From positions 5,656-69,655 of the forward strand of contig JBJMLN010000135.1 in assembly GCA_045805285.1 (NCBI GenBank): DNA of 64,000 nucleotides, read 5' to 3'. The DNA is from Actinomycetota bacterium (GTDB lineage Bacteria; Actinomycetota; UBA4738; JBJMLN01). Both the position numbers and the translations under genes were made by a program. Shown here in pieces: positions 15,492 through 24,818 of this stretch (the stretch's first letter is position 1; every line of letters begins with the position of its first letter). The notes beneath the pieces were generated by a model, which saw nothing but the letters and a program-made list of their open reading frames with translations, was not told where the DNA came from and did not search any database.

Positions 15492-16922
15492 CTATGTACC
15501 CGGTATGAACACCTTCAGGAGCTGACCGCCCTCTCCGACAGCGGTGTTCGGGCGAAGGCTCGGACCGGGCTGCGGAACGTTCGTGTCGTGCGCCTGCACG
15601 TCCATCAGCCACCAGCCCTTGCCGAAGAAGCTCGACGCGTCGATGACTCCGCTCGACTCCCAGTCTCCGCGGCCCTCGCGCCGGATCACGCTCTCGGTCG
15701 GTTGAGTGCGGGCAACCGTTCGGAGCGTTCCGTCGCCAAGGTCGTAGACGAGCACGCGGTCGAATCCCGACTTCGGGTAGTTCCGATCCTCCTGGATGAC
15801 GAGCGCGTGTTTGGAGACGGCGAGGTTGTCCGGGTTGAACATGTCGTCTCCGTGGCTCCCGTCGAGCACCACCTGCAGCGACGCGCGCGTCGGATGCTCC
15901 GGATCGAGCTGCACCCGGTAGATGCGACCGCGGAACGTCTCCCGGTCCGCCGCGCCGGTGTCGGAGAAGTACACCGTGCCGGGATGCATGGGGTCTGCCT
16001 CCGCGTCCTCGATCCGGACGAAGTCGAACGCGCCCTTGCGCTGCGACGCTGCCTCGAGCGAATCGATGCTCGTGTTGCGGCCCTGGGAGATGCGGACGAG
16101 CTTGCCGTCGAGCGTCTGTCCCTTGGAGATGTGGTCGGGGGAGGGGTTGGCGTCCGTGTGACCGGTCGGAACGAACACGCGGAGCACGCCCTGCCCGCGG
16201 ATCGCTCCCTTGAACGTCGGCGCCGTGTACGCGTAGAGCTGCGAGTGACCGGCGCTGCCGTCCTCGGAGAGGAAGAAGGTCGCTTTCGAGAGGCCCTTGA
16301 CCGGCACGACGTTCTCGTGCAGCAGCATCCCGAACTGCGGCGTTTCCATCCAACGGCCGGTCTCCGCATTGAGCGCGATTGACATGCCGCCGTGACCCTG
16401 CTTGCACTCCTCCCCGGTGAAGTACCACGGCTGTCCTCCGAGGATCCGGAGCGTGCTCGAGCAGAAGCACGTGAAGCTCTCCGTTCCGTCGACGGGATAG
16501 CTCCCGCGGAGCACCGAGCCGTCGTTGTTGAGGGTGAGATGCGAGATCCGCGAGTTCGACGGATCGCCGTCGACCTGCTCGAGCTCGTGGTTCATAAACA
16601 ACTGGATCCGTGCCTTCGAGCTCCGATACGCGCCGAGGCCGTCGGGGATCCCGGTCATCTCATATCCGCCGACGACGTCGCCGGTCGTCAGTAGCGGCTC
16701 GACCCGGACGCCGTTCACGAGCGGAACGACGTACGGGCGACGCGAGGTGAGGAAACCGGCCGGCCTGCCGCCCGGGACGTCGACCGATCCTGCGAACGCT
16801 CCGGACGCTGTCAACAGGCGATCGCGAGCGCGAGTGTGATGGAACGGCGCATATGAAGCTCCCCCTTCTGCATCTCGAGCATCCGTCGAGCCCGAACGCA
16901 CAGCATCGGGGATGCGACGCAT
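15492..16922 (-). CDS. PhoX-like / DUF839-family secreted protein (predicted phosphatase beta-propeller), possibly exported by the Tat pathway.
   Basis: 476-aa track ORF. Motifs GIPDGLGAY, FVRIEDAEADP and IYRVQLDP are characteristic of COG3211/PhoX. An N-terminal RDRLLTASGAFAGS segment resembles a Tat signal. The family call is from recall only. Confidence 0.5.
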   Translation of the reverse strand: MRRIPDAVRSGSTDARDAEGGASYAPFHHTRARDRLLTASGAFAGSVDVPGGRPAGFLTSRRPYVVPLVNGVRVEPLLTTGDVVGGYEMTGIPDGLGAYRSSKARIQLFMNHELEQVDGDPSNSRISHLTLNNDGSVLRGSYPVDGTESFTCFCSSTLRILGGQPWYFTGEECKQGHGGMSIALNAETGRWMETPQFGMLLHENVVPVKGLSKATFFLSEDGSAGHSQLYAYTAPTFKGAIRGQGVLRVFVPTGHTDANPSPDHISKGQTLDGKLVRISQGRNTSIDSLEAASQRKGAFDFVRIEDAEADPMHPGTVYFSDTGAADRETFRGRIYRVQLDPEHPTRASLQVVLDGSHGDDMFNPDNLAVSKHALVIQEDRNYPKSGFDRVLVYDLGDGTLRTVARTQPTESVIRREGRGDWESSGVIDASSFFGKGWWLMDVQAHDTNVPQPGPSLRPNTAVGEGGQLLKVFIPGT

Positions 16923-16945
16923 CGTCGTCGAATCGAACGCGGATA

Positions 16946-16958
16946 GTCAACGGTTGAC
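16946..16958. promoter_or_regulatory. Perfect 13-bp palindrome GTCAACgGTTGAC, a candidate operator in the divergent region between the PhoX-like gene and the ABC operon.
   Basis: Seen directly. Lies 89 nt upstream of the SBP start. Confidence 0.3.
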
Positions 16959-17046
16959 AATCGACCGACCGGCGGATACGGTCGCGCACCGAGTGGCGAG
17001 GCACCGACCCGACGCTCCGAGCCGCTCCGACGCAGGGGGAACGCTG

Positions 17047-18165
17047 ATGAAGCGCCGTGTCCTCGCCCGAGTCGCAGCCGCGTCCGTCGTCCTCGTGATC
17101 GCCGCAGCGTGTTCGAACGGTGGGTCGAGCGCGCCGGAGGCCAGCGGAGGCGGTTCCTCGGCGTCGACGAACCCCGCAGACATCACGGGAACGATCCGGT
17201 TGCTCTCCTACAGCGACGGGTTCGACCCGAAGTACCTCGCGAGCTTCCATCAGGAGTACCCCAACATCAAGCTCGAGACGGCGAGCATGGATTCCAACGA
17301 GGGCGCGATCGCGAAGATCCAGGCCGGGTTCCAGGTCGACGTGATCAACAGCTGCGTCGACGAGGCGACGCTGGAGATGGTCCAGAAGGGCCTCTACATG
17401 CCGCTCGATCCGGCGAAGCTCACGAACTGGCCGGATCTGTTCCCGACGATGAAGGAGCTGCCCGGTGTGCAGGTCGACGGGAAGATCTACATGGTCCCGG
17501 TCGACGCCGGCACTGCCGGTGTGCTCTACAACGCGGACGTCGTGAACCCCCCGCCTGACTCCTGGACCGATCTGTTCAACCCGGAGTGGCAGGGCCGCGT
17601 CGGCATGGAGGACAACGCGACGACCGCGCTGATGATCGGGGCGCTCGCTACCGGCATCACGGATCCGCTCCACATGACGGGCACGCAGCTCGACTCCGTG
17701 AAGAGCTACCTGATCGCCCACAAGGACCAGTTCCGAACGTTCTGGCACGGCGACGCCGAGGTGAAGTCGCTGTTCAAGTCCGGGGAGATCGTCATCTCCT
17801 CCGGCTACCCGGACAACGCGAAGTTCCTCCAGAAGGAGGGCGTGAACGTGAAGTTCGCCGTCGCCAAGGAGGGCCAGTTCCTCTGGGCGTGCGGCTATGG
17901 GATCTCTCCGCAGATCGCACCGGAGAACCTTCCCGCAGCGTACGCGCTGCTGAACTGGTACTCGAGCGTGAAGGCGGAGATGTTCGAGGCGAGCTACTGG
18001 AACTACCAGATCGCGAACGAGAAGGTCCTCGACGTCGCGCCGAAGAGCCTGATCGAGGAGGCGGGGCTCGACGCGCCGTTCCACATGGAGAATGCGATCC
18101 CCGCGAGCCCGCCCGAGAACCGGGATGCCTGGGTCGCCGCGTGGACCGAGGTGAAGGCGTCCTAG
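17047..18165 (+). CDS. ABC transporter substrate-binding lipoprotein, PotD/PotF (polyamine/amine) family.
   Basis: MKRRVLARVAAASVVLVIAAACSNGG gives a lipobox (IAAAC). PotD-like fold segments are present. Confidence 0.75.
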   Translation: MKRRVLARVAAASVVLVIAAACSNGGSSAPEASGGGSSASTNPADITGTIRLLSYSDGFDPKYLASFHQEYPNIKLETASMDSNEGAIAKIQAGFQVDVINSCVDEATLEMVQKGLYMPLDPAKLTNWPDLFPTMKELPGVQVDGKIYMVPVDAGTAGVLYNADVVNPPPDSWTDLFNPEWQGRVGMEDNATTALMIGALATGITDPLHMTGTQLDSVKSYLIAHKDQFRTFWHGDAEVKSLFKSGEIVISSGYPDNAKFLQKEGVNVKFAVAKEGQFLWACGYGISPQIAPENLPAAYALLNWYSSVKAEMFEASYWNYQIANEKVLDVAPKSLIEEAGLDAPFHMENAIPASPPENRDAWVAAWTEVKAS

Positions 18166-18166
18166 C

Positions 18167-19051
18167 GTGGCCGATCAGGTCATACGGCCGGCGGGCCTCG
18201 GGATCGATCTGCCCTCGCCCGCGCAGGTCCGCACGCGAGCGCTCGTCAACACCACGCTGTGGAGAGCCTTCCTCGCGTTCGTGTTCCTCGCGCTCTTCGG
18301 TCCGCTCCTGATCCTGCTGCTGTTCTCGTTCAACGACTCCTCGATCCTCGCGTTCCCGCTCGCCGGGTTCACGACGCACTGGTACTCCCTCGCGTGGCAG
18401 GACACGCTGCTGCGACAGTCGCTCGTCAACTCCACGACGGTGGCGCTCGTCGTTACGCCGTTCTGTCTGGTGCTGGGAACGCTAACGGCGTTCGGTCTGA
18501 CCCGGTTCCGCTTCCGCGGCCGTGGAGCCGTCGGCGGCCTGGTCGGCGCACCGCTGATCCTGCCGTGGCTGATCATCGGCATCGCCGCGCTGATGGCGTA
18601 CGGACGGCTCCACGTCGCCTTGAACCTGCGGACGGTGATCGCGACGCAGACGATCTGCACGTTCCCGCTGGTCACCGCCATCATCGCGGCGCAGCTTTTC
18701 CGCTTCGAGCGGGAGCAGGAGGAGGCGGCGATCGATCTCGGCTGCTCGCGTCTCCAGGTGCTGCGCCACATCATCCTGCCGCACATCGCCTCGGCGCTCG
18801 CGGCCTCGGCGATCTTCGCGTTCACATGGTCGTTCAACAACTTCGAGATCAGCTTCTTCACGATCGGGTTCCAGCAGACGTTTCCGATCTGGGTGTACTC
18901 CTCCGTACGGAACCCCGACCACACCGCGGTCGTCAACGCGATCTCCGTGGTGATCTCCGTCGTGCAGGTCGCGCTGATCTACCTCGCGGTGCGGCTCCTT
19001 CGACGCGGGAGCGACGACGAGACCGGCGTCATCGTGGCGGTGGCAGCCTGA
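18167..19051 (+). CDS. ABC transporter permease (PotC/PotB-like).
   Basis: Six transmembrane segments. EAA-like loop AIDLGCSRLQVLRHIILP. GTG start 1 nt after the SBP stop. Confidence 0.8.
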   Translation: MADQVIRPAGLGIDLPSPAQVRTRALVNTTLWRAFLAFVFLALFGPLLILLLFSFNDSSILAFPLAGFTTHWYSLAWQDTLLRQSLVNSTTVALVVTPFCLVLGTLTAFGLTRFRFRGRGAVGGLVGAPLILPWLIIGIAALMAYGRLHVALNLRTVIATQTICTFPLVTAIIAAQLFRFEREQEEAAIDLGCSRLQVLRHIILPHIASALAASAIFAFTWSFNNFEISFFTIGFQQTFPIWVYSSVRNPDHTAVVNAISVVISVVQVALIYLAVRLLRRGSDDETGVIVAVAA

Positions 19052-19923
19052 TGGCGGCGGTCTCGGAGGCCGTCGCAGCCGAGCGCCCTCGTCGCCGTTC
19101 CGGACGCGGAGTGTTCGGGATCCTGTTCATCCCGGTCGTGCTGCTGATCGTGCTGTTCCTCGCGCCGATGCTGATCATGGTCGTGATGAGCATCGTCCGG
19201 TTCCCGCCGAACACCTCGAGCGGCTATACGTTGTCGCACTACCAGCAGGTGCTCACCGACCCGATCAACCTCAAGGTCGCGTGGACCACGATGTTCATCG
19301 GCACGACCGCGATGCTGATCATGCTGGCGATCGGACTTCCGCTCGCGTACTACATGGCGTTCAAGGCCGGAAAGCTGGAGCTGTTCCTGCTCCTTGCGCT
19401 CGTTCTCGCCGACGAGCTTGCGCCCGTCGTGAAGGTCTACGCGTGGCAGGTGATCCTCGGCAAGGACGGTCTGGTCAACTGGTTGATCCCGGGGCCGCCG
19501 GTGAACTGGCTGCTGTTCAGCCGGTTCGCGGTCATCGTGACGCTCGCCGCGTCGTACATCACGTACACGACGATCCCGATCTACGCCGCGATGAAGGCGA
19601 TCGACAAACGGATGTTCGAGGCGGCCGTCGATCTCGGCGCCGGCTGGTGGACGCAGGCGCGCCGGATCCTGATCCCGCTCGCCGCGCCCGGCATCTTCAT
19701 CGCGCTGATCCTCGTGTACCTGCCGATGCTCACCGACTTCGTCACCGCGGACATCGTCGGCGGCACCGGCTCCTACATGATGGGGCAGCGCGTCCGCGAT
19801 CTGATCCTCCTGCAGGGAGATTGGGGCGCCGGCGCGGCATTGAACTTCCTGCTGCTCGCGATCACGCTCGTCTTCTCCTGGGTGGCGTACCGCTTCGCGA
19901 AGCTGAATCGGATCGAGGCATGA
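19051..19923 (+). CDS. ABC transporter permease (second membrane subunit).
   Basis: AVDLGAGWWTQARRILIPLAAPG EAA motif. Its ATG overlaps the upstream stop. Confidence 0.8.
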   Translation: MAAVSEAVAAERPRRRSGRGVFGILFIPVVLLIVLFLAPMLIMVVMSIVRFPPNTSSGYTLSHYQQVLTDPINLKVAWTTMFIGTTAMLIMLAIGLPLAYYMAFKAGKLELFLLLALVLADELAPVVKVYAWQVILGKDGLVNWLIPGPPVNWLLFSRFAVIVTLAASYITYTTIPIYAAMKAIDKRMFEAAVDLGAGWWTQARRILIPLAAPGIFIALILVYLPMLTDFVTADIVGGTGSYMMGQRVRDLILLQGDWGAGAALNFLLLAITLVFSWVAYRFAKLNRIEA

Positions 19924-21098
19924 GCGAGAACGGGTCACGGCTCGACGGAGACCGCACGGGGGAGATCCTCGTCCAGTCGGCCACGAAGCGCTTCGGAGAC
20001 GTCACCGCCGTCGACGACGTCTCCATCACGATCCCGGGCGGAGAGTTCTTCTCCATGCTCGGGCCTTCCGGCTGCGGAAAGACGACGACGCTCCGCCTGA
20101 TCGCGGGGTTCGAGCAACCGGACGAGGGGAAGGTCCTGCTCCAGGGCCAGGACGTGACGCACGTTCCGCCCTCGAAACGGAACGTGAACATGGTGTTCCA
20201 GGCCTACGCCCTGTTCCCGCACATGACCGTCGCGGAGAACATCGCGTTCGGCCCGCGCATCAAGAGGCTCGGCTCGGAGGAGATCCGCTCGCGCACGCAG
20301 GAGATCCTCCGCACCGTCCAGCTGGAGGCGATGGCGGACCGGCGCCCCGGACAGCTCTCGGGCGGCCAGCAGCAGCGGGTCGCGCTCGCGCGGGCCTTGG
20401 TGAACCGTCCGGCCGCGCTGCTGCTCGACGAGCCGCTCGGCGCGCTCGACCTGAAGCTCCGCAAGGAGATGCAGCTCGAGCTGAAGGAGCTCCAGTCGCG
20501 TACGAGAACCACGTTCGTCTACGTCACGCACGACCAGGAGGAAGCGATGACGATGTCGGACCGGATCGCCGTGATGAACGGCGGCGTGGTCGAGCAGCTC
20601 GCGACGCCGCGGGAGCTCTACCAGCGTCCCGCGAGCGCCTTCGTCGCGGGCTTCATCGGCACGTCGAACCTGATCTCGGTGCGCGCCGACCGGCGCGACG
20701 ACGGGCTGGTGGTCATGGACCTGGGACCGGAGGAGCGGATCCTCGCTCCGGATCCCGGCGGCTTCGACGAGGCGATCCAGATCACCGTCCGGCCGGAGTG
20801 GATCAAGCTCGGCGCCTCCGCAGACACGCGCGCGTCACAGGTGAGCGCGACCGTCTCGGACGTCGTCTACCTCGGCTCGCTCACCCAGATGATCGTGCAG
20901 CTGAAAACCGGGGAGCGCCTCACCGTCCACCGCCTGAACGACGAGGTCGGCGCGATCGATCCGCGGCCCGGAGACGTGGTCACGCTCCGCTGGGCCGCGG
21001 AGCACAGCTTCGTGATCGGCTCCGACGCGACCAATCCGGCTATCGCGCCCGGCACCGATCGCAAGGAAGGCATCGAGAGGGAGGGACTACCCACATGA
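19920..21098 (+). CDS. ABC transporter ATP-binding protein (PotA-like, with a C-terminal TOBE domain).
   Basis: Walker A GPSGCGKTT, LSGGQQQRVALARAL signature, Walker B LLLDEPLGALD. Confidence 0.9.
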   Translation: MSENGSRLDGDRTGEILVQSATKRFGDVTAVDDVSITIPGGEFFSMLGPSGCGKTTTLRLIAGFEQPDEGKVLLQGQDVTHVPPSKRNVNMVFQAYALFPHMTVAENIAFGPRIKRLGSEEIRSRTQEILRTVQLEAMADRRPGQLSGGQQQRVALARALVNRPAALLLDEPLGALDLKLRKEMQLELKELQSRTRTTFVYVTHDQEEAMTMSDRIAVMNGGVVEQLATPRELYQRPASAFVAGFIGTSNLISVRADRRDDGLVVMDLGPEERILAPDPGGFDEAIQITVRPEWIKLGASADTRASQVSATVSDVVYLGSLTQMIVQLKTGERLTVHRLNDEVGAIDPRPGDVVTLRWAAEHSFVIGSDATNPAIAPGTDRKEGIEREGLPT

Positions 21099-22438
21099 GT
21101 GACGTCGCCGGCAACGAATCCGAGCACCTCTCCGCCGAGGAGATCGTCGAGCTCTCCTTGCGCCACACGCTCTACGACTGGCAGGCGCAGGACGGGCTGA
21201 AGCCGATCCCGGTCGACTCCGCCAGCGGCGCGGAGTTTTTCACGACCGACGGCAAGCGCTATCTCGACTTCAACAGCCAGCTGATGGGCGTCAACGTCGG
21301 CCATGGCGACAAGCGCGTCGTCGACGCGATCGCGCGCCAGGCGGAGAAACTCCCGTACATCTCGCCGTTCATGGCGCACGAGCCACGCGCGCTGCTCGGG
21401 CGGGAGCTCGCGAAGATCCTTCCCGGTGACATCGACAAGGTGTTCTTCACGCTGGGCGGCTCGGAGGCGAACGAAACCGCGATCAAGATCGCCAAGCTCG
21501 TCACCGGGCGGCAGAAGATCCTCGCGCGGTATCGCTCGTACCACGGCGCGACGAGCGGAACGATGACGCTGACGGGAGATCCCCGCCGCTGGGCGAACGA
21601 GCCCGGCATCCCGGGCGTCGTGCACGTCCTCGATCCGTACCACGGCCCGCAGCGCGAGGTGGACTCCGCGGAGGAGTCGCTGCGCTATCTCCGCGAGACG
21701 ATCGAGCTCGAGGGACCGGCAACGATCGCGGCGTTCTTCCTGGAGCCGGTGACCGGGACGAACGGCATCCTGATCCCGCCGGATGGCTATCTCGAAGGAG
21801 TGCGAGAGCTCTGCGACGAGTTCGGCATCCTGATGGTCGCCGACGAGGTGATGTCGGGCTTCGGCCGCACCGGAGAGTGGTTCGCCGTCGACCACTGGGG
21901 TGTTGTTCCCGACATGCTCACGATGGCGAAGGGGCTGACGAGCTCGTACGTGCCGCTCGGCGCCGTCGGGATGCGGCCGCATGTCGCGGATCACTTCCGG
22001 CAGAACGTGTTCTGGGGAGGGCTGACGTACAACTCCCACCCGCTCGCGTGTGCGGCGGCGCTCGCGAACCTCCAGATCTACGAGGAGGACGACCTGATCG
22101 CGAACGCGAAGCGCCTCGGCGGGGTCCTCGCGGAGCATCACGAGCGGATGCTCGCGAACCATGCCTCCGTCGGGCTCGTCCGGAACATCGGACTGTTCGG
22201 CATCCTGGAGCTCGTCCGCGACCGCTCCACGATGGAGCCGCTCGCGCCGTTCGGCGGCACCAGCGAAGAGATGAAACAGATCGCCGCGTACCTCGACGAC
22301 CACGGGCTCTACACGTTCATCCGCTGGCACTCCGTGATGACGAACCCGCCGCTGATGATCTCCGAGGAGCAGCTCGCGGAGGGCTTCGACATCATCGACG
22401 GCGCGCTCTCGCTAGCCGACCGCGCGGTGCGGAGCTGA
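21095..22438 (+). CDS. Class-III (omega) aminotransferase, PLP-dependent.
   Basis: FTLGGSEANETAIKIAK, DEVMSGFGRTGEWFA and TMAKGLTSSY (PLP lysine). ATGA overlap with the ATPase gene. Confidence 0.85.
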   Translation: MSDVAGNESEHLSAEEIVELSLRHTLYDWQAQDGLKPIPVDSASGAEFFTTDGKRYLDFNSQLMGVNVGHGDKRVVDAIARQAEKLPYISPFMAHEPRALLGRELAKILPGDIDKVFFTLGGSEANETAIKIAKLVTGRQKILARYRSYHGATSGTMTLTGDPRRWANEPGIPGVVHVLDPYHGPQREVDSAEESLRYLRETIELEGPATIAAFFLEPVTGTNGILIPPDGYLEGVRELCDEFGILMVADEVMSGFGRTGEWFAVDHWGVVPDMLTMAKGLTSSYVPLGAVGMRPHVADHFRQNVFWGGLTYNSHPLACAAALANLQIYEEDDLIANAKRLGGVLAEHHERMLANHASVGLVRNIGLFGILELVRDRSTMEPLAPFGGTSEEMKQIAAYLDDHGLYTFIRWHSVMTNPPLMISEEQLAEGFDIIDGALSLADRAVRS

Positions 22439-22440
22439 GG

Positions 22441-23322
22441 ATGGGGGAGCGCATCGGCTTCATCGGGCTCGGCATCATGGGGAAGCCCATGGCGCTCAAT
22501 CTGTTGCGTGCGGGCTACCCAATGACGGTGCACTCGCGGTCCGCGCCGCCGGTCGACGAGGTCGTCGACGGGGGAGCGGCGCGCGCGTCGTCTCCGCGCG
22601 AGGTGGCGGAGGCCTCCGACATCGTGATCACGATGCTTCCCGACACGCCCGACGTGGAGCAGGTGCTCTTCGGCGACGACGGCGTCGCTTCAGGGCTCTC
22701 TCCCGGAGCGCTCGTGATCGACATGAGCACGATCTCCCCGATCGCGACGCGGCGGTTCGCGCAGCAGCTCTCCGATAGGGGAGCTTCCCTGCTCGACGCG
22801 CCCGTCTCCGGCGGGGAGAAGGGGGCGATCGACGGAACCCTCTCCATCATGGTCGGCGGAGCGCAGTCCGATTTCGACCGTGCGAAGCCGCTGTTCGACG
22901 TGATGGGCGGAAACATCGTGCTCGTCGGCGACTCCGGGGCGGGTCAGATCGCGAAGGCATGCAACCAGCTCGTCGTCGCGGGAACGATCGAGGCCGTGGC
23001 CGAGGCGCTCACGCTCGCCTCCGCGGCAAACGTGGACGCGGCGCGCGTGCGGGAGGCGCTCCTCGGCGGCTTCGCCGGCTCGAAGATCCTGGAGGTGCAC
23101 GGGCAACGCATGCTCGACCAGGCGTTCACGCCCGGCTTCCGCGCGCGGCTGCACCTCAAGGACGCGCGCATCGTCTCCGACACGGCTCGGGAGCTGGGCG
23201 TTCCGACGCCGGGATTCGCTCCGGTGGAGGAGGAGCTTCAGCGCCTCGTCGACGAAGGGAAGGGAGACCTCGACCACTCCGCACTGATCACGCTGCTCCA
23301 GGAGGACACCGCGAAGGAGTAG
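22441..23322 (+). CDS. NAD(P)-dependent 3-hydroxyacid dehydrogenase (HIBADH / tartronate-semialdehyde reductase family).
   Basis: GFIGLGIMGKPMALNL Rossmann motif, and the GAGQIAKACNQL catalytic region. Confidence 0.85.
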   Translation: MGERIGFIGLGIMGKPMALNLLRAGYPMTVHSRSAPPVDEVVDGGAARASSPREVAEASDIVITMLPDTPDVEQVLFGDDGVASGLSPGALVIDMSTISPIATRRFAQQLSDRGASLLDAPVSGGEKGAIDGTLSIMVGGAQSDFDRAKPLFDVMGGNIVLVGDSGAGQIAKACNQLVVAGTIEAVAEALTLASAANVDAARVREALLGGFAGSKILEVHGQRMLDQAFTPGFRARLHLKDARIVSDTARELGVPTPGFAPVEEELQRLVDEGKGDLDHSALITLLQEDTAKE

Positions 23323-23325
23323 CGC

Positions 23326-23565
23326 TCAGGCCGCGACCGGCGGCTGTGGGCTCGGCGGCGGTTCGGGGTCCGGCCGCTCGGGCTGCGGAATCGGAGGACG
23401 CTCCGGCATGGGCGGCTGCGGAGGCTCCGGCTGTGGGACCGGCGGTGGTTCGGGCTGCGGAACGGGAGGCGGACCCGGAGGACGTTCCGGCGTCGGTACT
23501 GGCGGCTGCGGGGCGGGCGGTTGCGGCTCCGGCTGTGGAACGGGTTGCGGTGTCGGATCTCCCAT
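23326..23565 (-). CDS. Possible 79-aa proline-rich (PQPEP-repeat) peptide.
   Basis: ATG preceded by GAGGAG at -9. Encoded by imperfect short DNA repeats. The mirror ORF on the plus strand is Gly/Cys-rich. Confidence 0.3.
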   Translation of the reverse strand: MGDPTPQPVPQPEPQPPAPQPPVPTPERPPGPPPVPQPEPPPVPQPEPPQPPMPERPPIPQPERPDPEPPPSPQPPVAA

Positions 23566-23629
23566 GCTCGATCTCTCCTCGGTGCGTCGACGACGACTCG
23601 TCTTCTCCCAGACGCGCTTCCCCTAACCG

Positions 23630-23648
23630 CTAGTCTGGCCGAGACTAG
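23630..23648 (-). terminator. Hairpin CTAGTCT ggccg AGACTAG overlapping the mocA stop codon.
   Basis: Perfect 7-bp inverted repeat. Confidence 0.35.
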
Positions 23649-24202
23649 ATCGCGTCAGGAGGCACATCGAGGTCCGGAGGCGCGTCGCGGTCGATCTTCA
23701 CGTCGTCGACCTCGTGAGGGCCGAAAAGAGCACGCGCGCCCGAGTCTCCCGTCAGCGCGAGCGCATCGGGCCAGATCTCTCTCGAGAGGAGCGCCGGACC
23801 GGGCGCGTTCCGGTACCGGAGTCGAACGATCGGTGCGCGGGTCTGGCTGAACCGCTCGACGAGCGCGCGGATCTCCTCCGGATCGACCCCGGGCTGGTCG
23901 GCGAGGAGGACGACAACCCCTTCGCTCGATGGATCGAGTGCTCGGAGGCCAGTCGCGAGCGACGTCGATTGGCCCTGCGCGAAGCGTTCGTTCACCACGA
24001 TGCGCGCGTTCGGGGGGAGCGTGATCGCCGCCTGAACCCGTTCAGCGTCGTGGCCGAGGACGACGACGATCTCGTCGAGTTCCGCCGCCGCAGCTGCGTC
24101 GATCGCGTGTTGGACGAGCGGCTTCCCTTCGAACTCGAAGAGCTGCTTCGTGGAACCGAAGCGTGACGCCGTCCCCGCCGCGAGGACGATCGCGGAGATC
24201 AA
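23645..24202 (-). CDS. mocA: MobA-like nucleotidyltransferase (molybdenum cofactor cytidylyltransferase MocA-like).
   Basis: LISAIVLAAGTASRFGSTKQL matches the GT-A NTP-transferase motif. TTG start with GAAGGA at -5. Forms a TTGA overlap with coxG. Confidence 0.7.
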   Translation of the reverse strand: MISAIVLAAGTASRFGSTKQLFEFEGKPLVQHAIDAAAAAELDEIVVVLGHDAERVQAAITLPPNARIVVNERFAQGQSTSLATGLRALDPSSEGVVVLLADQPGVDPEEIRALVERFSQTRAPIVRLRYRNAPGPALLSREIWPDALALTGDSGARALFGPHEVDDVKIDRDAPPDLDVPPDAI

Positions 24203-24816
24203 CGATCCTTCGCGTCGATCCCGAACAGCTTTCGGAACCAGCGCACGATCGACGACACCAGCGCCGAGAGGCCGAGCCGGAGGCCACCGACGGGAGCGGC
24301 CGCCTGTGGCGGAGCCGGTGCCAGCTCGGGCGACTCCTCCGTCCCCTCCGGAACCGCGGGTGTTGCCGCCTCCGCGGCCATGTTCGTCCGAAGGCAGCTG
24401 GCGAACTGCTGGGTCAGCTTTGCCGAGACGTCGGGCAGCAATCCTCGGGAGAGTTGCGCGACCGCTCCGGTCAGCGTGACGTCGGCCTGCATGCGGACCT
24501 TCGTCGAGTCTCCGTCCCGTTCCAACGTCGATGTGACCGTCGCGTTGGCGGCTCCCTTTCCGCGCTGCTCCATCCCAGACGCATGGAGGACCACACGGTG
24601 CGTCGCGTCGACGCGATCCTGCATCGTCACGGTCCCCGCGAATGCCAGCGCCACGGGCCCGAACTTCATCGTCACTCGGCCTTTCCAGTTGCGGTCGTCG
24701 ATCGTCTCCGTCAGCTGTGCGCCCGGCATGCACGGTGCGACCTTGTCGACGTCGAGGAGATACCGCCAGACGTCGTCGATCGGCGCGGGAACCTCGAACT
24801 CGTTCGTGATCTCCAT
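24199..24816 (-). CDS. coxG: CoxG-family SRPBCC protein (carbon monoxide dehydrogenase subunit G-like).
   Basis: MEITNEFEVPAPIDDVWRYLLDVDKVAPCMPGA is the classic CoxG N-terminus. Confidence 0.8.
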   Translation of the reverse strand: MEITNEFEVPAPIDDVWRYLLDVDKVAPCMPGAQLTETIDDRNWKGRVTMKFGPVALAFAGTVTMQDRVDATHRVVLHASGMEQRGKGAANATVTSTLERDGDSTKVRMQADVTLTGAVAQLSRGLLPDVSAKLTQQFASCLRTNMAAEAATPAVPEGTEESPELAPAPPQAAAPVGGLRLGLSALVSSIVRWFRKLFGIDAKDR

Positions 24817-24818
24817 GG

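Noticed and set aside
23408-23626. Plus-strand Gly/Cys-rich 72-aa ORF.
   Set aside because: It is the mirror frame of the Pro-rich minus-strand ORF. It has no RBS, and its start lies inside the repeat. The minus-strand reading has the better translation signals, and even that is low confidence.
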